A stretch of DNA of 64,000 nt from Anaerolineales bacterium (GTDB lineage Bacteria > Chloroflexota > Anaerolineae > Anaerolineales > UBA11579). Below, in pieces: positions 17,195 to 23,953 of this stretch. Location: positions 518,174 to 582,173 of the forward strand of contig JAJTXV010000001.1 of the NCBI GenBank assembly GCA_021463845.1, in the 5' to 3' direction. The translations under genes were made by a program, and so were the position numbers. Position 1 is the first letter of the stretch. Every line of letters starts with the position of its first letter. The notes under the pieces are model-generated. The model searched no databases. It was not told the origin of the DNA and saw nothing but the letters and a program-made list of their open reading frames with translations.

Positions 17195-17683
17195 TTAGTG
17201 CCCGCCGCAGCCACAGCTTGCGCCGCTGGCGTGCGAGTGGCCGCCATGCTCGTGGCTGCCGCCGCAACCGCAGCCGGCCGCGCCGTGGTGGTCAGGCGCA
17301 TCCTGGCCGTCGGTGCGGAAGGAATGGCCGCAACCACAGGCCGAGGAGGCGTTGGGGTTATCGATCTTGAAGCCGCTGGCCATGACGTCATTAATGTAGT
17401 CAATGTTGGCGCCGCGCAGGTAGCCGAGGGACACCTCGTCGACCACGACGCGCACGCCATGCTGCTCGACCACCATGTCGCTGTCGCGCACGGTGGATTC
17501 GAGGGCCATGCCGTATTGGAAGCCGCTGCAGCCGCCACCCTGAACGAACACGCGCAGAGCGTGGTCCTGCAGGTTGCGCTGGGTCATCAAACCGCGCACC
17601 GCTTCTGCGGCGGCAGGGGTAACAGTCAGTTGGGGAGTCTCAACCATCGGTTGAGCGTTGATTTGGGTTTCAGCCAGTGCCAT
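17195..17683 (-). CDS. IscA/ErpA/HesB-type Fe-S assembly protein with His/Cys/Gly-rich C-terminal tail
   Basis: 162 aa. The HesB core reads LRVFVQGGGCSGFQYGM...NPNASSACGCGHSF. It is followed by about 35 extra residues: RTDGQDAPDHHGAAGCGCGGSHEHGGHSHASGASCGCGGH. Confidence 0.8.
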   Translation of the reverse strand: MALAETQINAQPMVETPQLTVTPAAAEAVRGLMTQRNLQDHALRVFVQGGGCSGFQYGMALESTVRDSDMVVEQHGVRVVVDEVSLGYLRGANIDYINDVMASGFKIDNPNASSACGCGHSFRTDGQDAPDHHGAAGCGCGGSHEHGGHSHASGASCGCGGH

Positions 17684-17765
17684 GAAAGCTCCTTTTCAAA
17701 GTGATACCCGTCTATTTTATCAATAGTTTGGACGGAAAGGCAAGTGGTTTTTAGCCCCATCCAAA

Positions 17766-18293
17766 TTAGAGATCGGTGATCACCGCTTCCTGTGTATCAG
17801 GGTCGTAGCGCACGGGAACCACCGCGCCCGGCTGCAACCGCCCCAGGCTCTCCGGGCGCATGATCTGCTCGGCTTCGGCGTGGAAAGCGCTGCGGTCACC
17901 CGGCTCGACTTCCAGGACAAAGCGCATGACGGCATTGTTGTTGATGCGCGTGCCAGTGGAGACCATGCTGACCACTTTGGCGTTGGCACTCTTGCCGATG
18001 TTGCGAAGTTTCTGATTGGTGTAGGCCGACACGCCGGTGGAGCCGAAGATCAGCGCCATGGAAAGTAACGAAAGGCCGAGGGTGACGACGGTCGAGATCT
18101 CGCTGAGGCGAGAGAACTCGCCTGCGCTGGTGCTCATCAGACCGGGCAGGATTTGGTTGACCCGTTCGGCAAAGCGAAAGCCGGCGCTGCCGAAGATCTC
18201 CGGCGCGTTGCCGGCAAATATGCACAGGAACGGCAGCCACATGAAGGCGAATAGCAAACGGCCGAGGGTGTACATCCATTTGGCGTGTTTCAT
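17766..18293 (-). CDS. Membrane protein (DUF3592-like)
   Basis: ORF 17766..18524. The realistic start is ATG 18293 (MKHAKWMY...), which overlaps the hutH stop as ATGA. It has two TM helices and a beta-rich C-terminal domain. Confidence 0.5.
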   Translation of the reverse strand: MKHAKWMYTLGRLLFAFMWLPFLCIFAGNAPEIFGSAGFRFAERVNQILPGLMSTSAGEFSRLSEISTVVTLGLSLLSMALIFGSTGVSAYTNQKLRNIGKSANAKVVSMVSTGTRINNNAVMRFVLEVEPGDRSAFHAEAEQIMRPESLGRLQPGAVVPVRYDPDTQEAVITDL

Positions 18294-19831
18294 AGTGCAG
18301 ACAATTCTCCTGCGAGCAGCATGGTTTTGACGCGCTCGACGCCCGGCGCCCACAGCGCGTCGTGCTCGTGGGCGGGGACGTGTTTGCGGATGGCGGCCAG
18401 CGCCGCAGCGGTGCCGCGGCCCGCCTGGGCCTGCGGGTGCTGGCCCAGGCGCAGTTCCAGGGCGCGTGCGCCCAGGGTCAGCTCCACGGCCAGCACATGA
18501 GCGCAGTTGTGGGCCACTTGCCATGCATGGCGGGCGGCGGTCATCGAGTTGGCGTTGTGATCCTCCTGCCCGGCGCTGGTGGGCAGCGAGCGCACCGAGT
18601 CGGGCGCGGCCAGCGTTTGGTTCTCGAGCACCAGCGAGGCGGCCGTGTACTGGAGCATCATCATGCCGGAGTTGAGCCCGGCCGCCTCCGGCGAGGCGAC
18701 CAGCATGGCGGGCAAGCCGCCGTTCATCTTGCTGTCGAGCAGCAGGAAGCTGCGCCGCTCGGAGACAGCCGCGATCTCGCTGAGGGCGATCTTGAGGAAA
18801 TCGAGGGCCATGCCAACCGGCTCGCCGTGAAAGTTGCCGCCCGAGATGCTTTGAGAATCAAACAGCAGAGGATTGTCGGTGGCGGCGTTGATCTCGCGCT
18901 CGATGACGGTGCGCACGTATGCGAGGGCATCGTGGGCCGGGCCTTGGATCTGAGGTGCGCAGCGCAGCGAATACACATCCTGGACGCGGCCCGCCGTATC
19001 CAGCAGGGTGCTGCCGGCGGTGAGGGCACGCATACGCTCAGCCACGGCCATCTGGCCGGGCTGCTTGCGGGCGGCGTGCAGCCGCGGGTCCAGTGCGGCC
19101 GATGCGCCTTGCATCGCATCCAGCGCCATGGCCGCGCTCAGGCTGGCTGCGTCCAGCAAGGTTTCGGCCAGCACCAGGGTCAGCGCGCCCAGGGCGGCCG
19201 AGAAGGTAGCCCCGTTGGTAATGGCCAAGCCTTCTTTCGGGCCGAGCACCAGGCGCGGAATGCCGGCGGCGGACATGGCGGCTTTGCCGCTCATGCGCTG
19301 GCCGTCGTAGACGGCCCAGCCGGAGTCTTCGTCGCGGTCAGCGGCGTCGGTGCTGAGCACCAACGCCAGCTGGGACAGCGGCGCCAGATCGCCCGAGGAG
19401 CCCAGCGAGCCCTGCGAAGGGATGATGGGGGTTACATCCTTGTTCAGCATCGCCAGCAGGGTTTCGATGAGCTCAGGCCGCGCGCCGGAGTGGCCGGCGG
19501 CCAGGGTGTTGGCGCGGATCAGCATGGCGGCCCGCACCACTTCGGCGGGCAGTTCCGGCCCGGTGGCGGTGGCGTGGCTGAGGATGAGATTGCGGTTGAG
19601 GGTGCGTGTATCCTGCGGGGAGATCTGCTTATCGGCAAAGATGCCAAAGCCAGTGTTGATGCCGTAGACCGGCTTGCCGCGGGCGATGATCTCTTCCACC
19701 CAGGCTTGCGACTGGGCGACCCGCTGGCGGGCAGTTGCGGCAAGGCGAACGTCTGCCTGGCCGTGGGCCACCTGCACGACTTCGTGCAGGCTGAGATGCT
19801 CGCCGTCAATTGCAATGCTGGATTTGGGCAT
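18290..19831 (-). CDS. hutH: Histidine ammonia-lyase family (MIO-dependent ammonia-lyase/aminomutase)
   Basis: 513 aa. The HAL/PAL family layout includes GINTGFG, the MIO loop GSLGSSGDLAPLS, NGATFS, YSLRCAPQ and QEDHNANS. Confidence 0.8.
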   Translation of the reverse strand: MPKSSIAIDGEHLSLHEVVQVAHGQADVRLAATARQRVAQSQAWVEEIIARGKPVYGINTGFGIFADKQISPQDTRTLNRNLILSHATATGPELPAEVVRAAMLIRANTLAAGHSGARPELIETLLAMLNKDVTPIIPSQGSLGSSGDLAPLSQLALVLSTDAADRDEDSGWAVYDGQRMSGKAAMSAAGIPRLVLGPKEGLAITNGATFSAALGALTLVLAETLLDAASLSAAMALDAMQGASAALDPRLHAARKQPGQMAVAERMRALTAGSTLLDTAGRVQDVYSLRCAPQIQGPAHDALAYVRTVIEREINAATDNPLLFDSQSISGGNFHGEPVGMALDFLKIALSEIAAVSERRSFLLLDSKMNGGLPAMLVASPEAAGLNSGMMMLQYTAASLVLENQTLAAPDSVRSLPTSAGQEDHNANSMTAARHAWQVAHNCAHVLAVELTLGARALELRLGQHPQAQAGRGTAAALAAIRKHVPAHEHDALWAPGVERVKTMLLAGELSAL

Positions 19832-19842
19832 GCGGCTCCCTG

Positions 19843-20295
19843 CTAGTCACGGTTCTTCATGGCGCGGGCCATTTCGCGTTCAGCGTCGCGCTTGGCAATA
19901 TCTTGGCGTTTATCCCACTTCTTCTTGCCCTTGGCCACCGAGATCTCGAGCTTGGCGCGGCCTTTCTTGAGGTAGATCTGCAGCGGCACGATGGTGCTGC
20001 CATTGCGCTTGACCTCTTCGTACAGGTCGGCGATCTCGTCGGCATGCAGGAGCAGCTTGCGCTCACGCAGCGGCTCGTGCCCGTCTTTGCCAGCCTGACT
20101 GTATGGCGCGATATGGGCGTTGACCAGGAAGGCCTCGCGCCCATTGGTGCGCACGTAAGCCTCTTTGAGGCTGACCTGGCCGGCGCGGATGGATTTGATC
20201 TCGCTGCCCATCAAGGCCAGCCCGGCCTCGTACTTCTCTTTGAGGACGTAGTCATGGCTGGCCTTGCGGTTGCGGGCGACTACTTTTTCTGCCAT
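19843..20295 (-). CDS. smpB: SsrA-binding protein
   Basis: ORF 19843..20331. The likely start is MAEKVVARNRKASHDYVL at 20295. Motifs: YEAGLALMGSEIKS, LLLHADEI. Confidence 0.85.
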   Translation of the reverse strand: MAEKVVARNRKASHDYVLKEKYEAGLALMGSEIKSIRAGQVSLKEAYVRTNGREAFLVNAHIAPYSQAGKDGHEPLRERKLLLHADEIADLYEEVKRNGSTIVPLQIYLKKGRAKLEISVAKGKKKWDKRQDIAKRDAEREMARAMKNRD

Positions 20296-20313
20296 AGGAG
20301 TGTTGATTCTACT

Positions 20314-20348
20314 AGACAGTGGACAGTTCACAGTTGACAGTTGACACC
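20314..20348. repeat. Five tandem 7-bp repeats (consensus TGACAGT)
   Basis: agacagt ggacagt tcacagt tgacagt tgacacc, read directly from the sequence. The repeats create two TTGACA hexamers on the + strand. Confidence 0.9.
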
Positions 20349-20579
20349 CAAGTCACTGGGTTTGCCTGGAGAGATTCCCGCCACGAGTGTGAAGTTATTA
20401 TGCGCGGAAGAGGGAGGGGGTCAGAGTTAATAACTTTAACAACTAACAACTTTGCGGCAGGTGCTGGATGGCCTGGCTTGGTCTGAAGGTGGCTATGCGG
20501 CACAGGGTATCTATAACGCGGAGTTGCGGGCGTGGCAAGGGCGTGGCAGGGATTTCAAGGTGTTGGACAGGCGTAAACC

Positions 20580-20643
20580 CAGATTGCTTCGGGGCTGAAA
20601 GTTGCATGTTCATGCAACTTTCAGCTACCTCGCAATGACGGGG
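20580..20643 (-). repeat. Hairpin repeat unit, copy 1 (arms CCCGTCATTGCGAGG ... CGAAGCAATCTG with an internal hairpin)
   Basis: The minus-strand reading is ccccgtcattgcgagg-tagctgaaagttgcatgaacatgcaactttcagc-cccgaagcaatctg. It shares both arms with copy 2. Confidence 0.8.
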
Positions 20644-20708
20644 TGGGAGAGAGGCGCAGCATGCTGCACCTCTACGGCTAGTCTCGCTTATGCGCCTCGG
20701 ACAATGGT

Positions 20709-20747
20709 GTCATTCCGAACGAGCTGCGGAGCGGCGAGGAGGAATCC
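20709..20747 (+). repeat. Variant hairpin repeat unit (GTCATTCCGA...GAGGAATCC)
   Basis: The sequence is gtcattccgaacgagctgcggagcggcgaggaggaatcc. A reverse-complement arm, cctcggaatgac, lies at 20862-20873. Confidence 0.6.
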
Positions 20748-20900
20748 TTTAGGGCATTGTAAAACCGGCTGGTCTTATTTTGATCTAAGGGATTCTTCCG
20801 CTGGAAAGCACAGCGGCTCGGCTTGTTAGCGCTATGCTCTATAGGCTGCCGAAGAACGCCGCCTCGGAATGACGAATGGTGCAATACATTGCGCCGTCTA

Positions 20901-20955
20901 CCCGTCATTGCGAGGCCGTGCGGCGGCGAAGCCGCCAAGCAACGAAGCAATCTGG
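20901..20955 (+). repeat. Hairpin repeat unit, copy 2
   Basis: The sequence is cccgtcattgcgagg-ccgtgcggcggcgaagccgccaagcaa-cgaagcaatctgg. It has a 15-nt and a 12-nt arm identical to copy 1 in inverted orientation. A third 3' arm (cagccccgaagcaat) lies at 20967-20981. Confidence 0.8.
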
Positions 20956-20990
20956 TTTTTTGACCGCAGCCCCGAAGCAATGACAGTGAT

Positions 20991-21024
20991 TAAAAAAGAG
21001 GCGCAGCTAAAAGCTGCGCCTCTT
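20991..21024 (-). terminator. Rho-independent terminator of the TPR/peptidase operon
   Basis: On the minus strand the stem AGAGGCGCAGC-TTTTA-GCTGCGCCTCT is followed by TTTTTTAATC, about 20 nt after the stop at 21044. Confidence 0.75.
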
Positions 21025-21043
21025 TGATTCGTAGGGAGCGTGG

Positions 21044-23953
21044 TTAGCGGCTGACGGCCAGCTTGACTACTTTGCCTTGCGCGTCCATGGTGATGCGGGC
21101 GTACTTGGGGTGCATGCGCCCAGCGCTGGGTACTTTCTTGCTCAGGGTGACCAGACTGCGGCTGGGCGCCAGGATGGTGCGCTTGGCCCCGCTGTTGTGA
21201 TGGTGCGGCAGCGGGCAGTTGTGGTTCTGGCAGTTGGTGTGCTCGTGGCTGACGCTGACCTCGCTGCCTTGCATGCCGGGCAGGTACTCCTTGACCACGG
21301 CTTTGACGGTGGCCAGGGTTTCTTCGGGCAGCGCTTCCATGGGGATGTTGTCGCCCAGGCCGTAAGCATCCGGCAGGTCGCAGACGGTGGTCATCTCGCT
21401 GCTCTCGGCGCGCAGGATGCGCTTGGGCAGGCTGGCATCCGTATTGACCTGGGCCAGCGGATCGCCATACAGCACGAAGGAGATCAGGGTCTTCTGGTCC
21501 TCGCCATCCAGGTAGCCCTGACGGCGGTGCATGGTCTGGGCCATGGCGATCTTGGCGCGGCGCAGGGCCTCGCCAGCGGGGTGGCCTTCGTTCAGCAGTC
21601 GCCAGAAGGTCTGGCCCAGCAGGTCGGCGGCGATCAGCGGCGTGGAGACCGCGCCGTAGGAGGTGACGGTGGAGCCGACCACGGCTTTGCTGCCCGAGTC
21701 GATGAACTTGAGCGCCAGGGCATTGTCGACAGTCTTATTGAAGATGTTGGCGCCGAAGCAGGCTTCGCTGAAGACCACTTGCGGAGCGCGGCCGTGGTTG
21801 ACCACATCGTTGGGGCTGAGGGCTATGGGGTAATCCGGCCCGGTGGGGGTCAGCAGCGGGTCGCGCTGGCCGTACCAGTCTGGCCCGTCTTCCACGCCGT
21901 GCAGGTTGAAGTAGGCCACTTGCAAAGCCTTGCTAGCTTCCTTGGGCAGCTTGCCGGTTTCGGTGGGCGGGCTGAGGCTGAGGCGCTTGGGCTCGCCAAT
22001 CGTGCGGTAGACCGAGTGGGAGGCACGCTGCCAGACCTGGGCGGTGTAGCCAAAGCTGCTGCGTTTGGGCTTCCACAAGCCGAACATCATCAGCAAACGG
22101 TTGATCAATTGACGCAGCGGGTCTTGCTTGGCCACAATATTTTCGCGGCTGGCCTCGATGCGGTTAAGCGCCTTAAGCAGCGCGCCGGGGTCTTTCTCGT
22201 TACCGGTTGGCAGGCGGCCAGCCGGCCAGGTGGGCACGAAGTAGTTCTCGTCCAGGCTGGCGTATGGGTTATCCGAAGGAACATCCTTGTCGTCGTCGTC
22301 AACCGGATTGGGCAGGTGATGGAACGGCACGATCCTCGGGCCGCCCACGATGAGCAGCGCGCCGATCATTTCGCCGTTCTTGCGCAGGGCCTCGTCAAGG
22401 TCGGCCAGCATGTGTTTGATGGCCCACGGATCGTTGGTGTTGACGGCCTGCAGGCCGAATGAAGCCATGCAGGCTTTATCGTCGGCGTAGATGACGTAGG
22501 AGCCCCACTTGGGCAGCGCATCGGTGGCGGTGGCCACGGCGCGCAGGCTGGCGTCCACCGTAGCGAAGCCATCCATGCCGTATTGGCGCACCAGGTTGTC
22601 TTTGGAGCTGAGCAGAATGTAGGCCGGGTAGCGGCCGTCGGCGCGCAAACGCAGGGTCTCGGCGGTGGCCGTGTTGATCTCTTCGAGATCGATCAGGGTT
22701 TCAGGCAAGGACGAGAGAGCGTGCTGCAAGGTTTCATTGGTGACATCGTCGTTCAGGCTCTGGCTGATAGAGGTTTCAGACTTCGCTTCCAAAAAATCTG
22801 GCGCGCTTACAGGCGCGAATTCGATGGCGTTCTCGCGTTGGTCTGGGCTATTTGCTTCGGTAGCGCTAAATTCGGCAGCCTTGCTTTCGGCTTTGGCTTC
22901 GTCGCTATCGATCGATTTAGCAAATTCGGCTTTTAGTTTGCCAAACTTTAGTGCCCAGCCGCTGAACATAGGCGTGTGGCCTTCTTCGTTGAGCAAGTGC
23001 TTTTCGTTCTTGATGCCCTTGGCGAAATCTTTCTTGACCTGGCGAGTGTTGAGAGCCTCGGCATCCAGCATGGGCGCATGCACAGACTCCAGTTGTGGCT
23101 CAACGTCCTTGGCTTCAGCAGGTTGGCCGAAAGTGAAAGTGTCGATCTGGTTCCAGCCCAGGCCGGCCGCCACTTTGGCGGGGATGGGCGTGCTGATGGT
23201 GTGCTGCAGGGCAGCCGGCCACAGGGCGGCGAAGCGGTGGCTGGCGCCCCACAGGCGGCGAGGCACCTGGCCGCTGACATCTTCGGCGGCGCAGTCGTGC
23301 AGTACGTCCACCGCAGCATTCTCCTGGCCGCTTTCCATCAGGAAGTTGGCGTGGAGCAAGCGCAGCTGCAAGCAATGCGGCCAGCTGCCGCTGTATAGCT
23401 CGACAAGATTCTCAATTGCCAGCCAGGTCAGCCCTTGCGCCTGCGCAATTTGAATGTGCAGCAGGGCCGGCAGCGGTGACGGAGGCTCGGCCAGCAGGGC
23501 GGCCTGCACATTCAGCTCGGCCTGCTCCAGATCGCCGACCTTGAAGGCTTGCTGGGCGCGCAGCAGACTCTGCGCCCAGGGCTGAATGTCGGCAGGCACC
23601 TGGAAGGGCTGGCGCAGCACGGTGGCGGCGGCGCGGGCGGCCTCGGCCACGGCGGGCTTGATGCGGCGGGCCAACTTGGCCAGCTGCTCCTGCGCTTCGA
23701 CGAATTCAGGGTCGAGCTCGCATAGACGGCGCAGCACTTTGAAGGCGACTTCAGGCTTGCCGTCCTTGATCAAGGCCTGGGAGCGCAGCAACTCGACATG
23801 CAGGTCGTAAGGATAGGCATTGAGCCAATCTTCGGCCACCTGGCGCACGAAGCGCATCTCGCCCGCGTTCAGGGCGACCTGGAGCAGGGTCAGCACGGCA
23901 GCGCGGTCTACGGCCTTGCCGGTGGAGATCTGCTTCTTTAATGTGTCGTTCAT
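21044..23953 (-). CDS. TPR-repeat protein fused to a gingipain-like (peptidase C25, clan CD) cysteine peptidase domain, with His/Cys-rich tail
   Basis: 969 aa.
- The N-terminal ~260 aa are TPR-like, followed by an acidic linker.
- The C-terminal half shows C25-type landmarks in order: ALLIVGGPRIVPF, SDNPYASLDENYFVPTWPAGRLP, YFNLHGVEDGPDWYG (His) and VVFSEACFGANIF (Cys).
- The tail reads HEHTNCQNHNCPLPHHHN.
- There is no signal peptide. Confidence 0.55.
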   Translation of the reverse strand: MNDTLKKQISTGKAVDRAAVLTLLQVALNAGEMRFVRQVAEDWLNAYPYDLHVELLRSQALIKDGKPEVAFKVLRRLCELDPEFVEAQEQLAKLARRIKPAVAEAARAAATVLRQPFQVPADIQPWAQSLLRAQQAFKVGDLEQAELNVQAALLAEPPSPLPALLHIQIAQAQGLTWLAIENLVELYSGSWPHCLQLRLLHANFLMESGQENAAVDVLHDCAAEDVSGQVPRRLWGASHRFAALWPAALQHTISTPIPAKVAAGLGWNQIDTFTFGQPAEAKDVEPQLESVHAPMLDAEALNTRQVKKDFAKGIKNEKHLLNEEGHTPMFSGWALKFGKLKAEFAKSIDSDEAKAESKAAEFSATEANSPDQRENAIEFAPVSAPDFLEAKSETSISQSLNDDVTNETLQHALSSLPETLIDLEEINTATAETLRLRADGRYPAYILLSSKDNLVRQYGMDGFATVDASLRAVATATDALPKWGSYVIYADDKACMASFGLQAVNTNDPWAIKHMLADLDEALRKNGEMIGALLIVGGPRIVPFHHLPNPVDDDDKDVPSDNPYASLDENYFVPTWPAGRLPTGNEKDPGALLKALNRIEASRENIVAKQDPLRQLINRLLMMFGLWKPKRSSFGYTAQVWQRASHSVYRTIGEPKRLSLSPPTETGKLPKEASKALQVAYFNLHGVEDGPDWYGQRDPLLTPTGPDYPIALSPNDVVNHGRAPQVVFSEACFGANIFNKTVDNALALKFIDSGSKAVVGSTVTSYGAVSTPLIAADLLGQTFWRLLNEGHPAGEALRRAKIAMAQTMHRRQGYLDGEDQKTLISFVLYGDPLAQVNTDASLPKRILRAESSEMTTVCDLPDAYGLGDNIPMEALPEETLATVKAVVKEYLPGMQGSEVSVSHEHTNCQNHNCPLPHHHNSGAKRTILAPSRSLVTLSKKVPSAGRMHPKYARITMDAQGKVVKLAVSR

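Noticed and set aside
17766-18524. N-terminal extensions in the ORF track. Examples: 17766..18524, 44454..45476, 57710..58405, 6262..6978, 6846..7166, 31951..34026, 3585..4040, 19843..20331 and 29634..30326.
   Set aside because: The extended parts are Arg/Pro/Gly-rich or repeat-derived and overlap the upstream gene. Internal starts with SD sequences give family-typical N-termini, so I shortened the coordinates instead.
20602-20980. ORFs 20602..20829 (+), 20678..20980 (-) and 20312..20503 (-) as small proteins.
   Set aside because: They are translations of the hairpin repeat arms and the heptamer tract. They have no SD sequence or motif, and their composition is driven by the repeats.
20340-21040. 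tmRNA (ssrA) expected next to smpB.
   Set aside because: I looked on both strands for a GGGGCTGA-type 5' end paired with a 3' acceptor, a T-arm (GGTTCGA.TCC) and a tag reading frame ending in ..LAA-stop. The ggggctg at 20591 pairs with a repeat arm 380 nt away instead. There is no T-loop or CCA-proximal acceptor, and the only short frame (AKLLVVKVINSD...) does not resemble a degradation tag.
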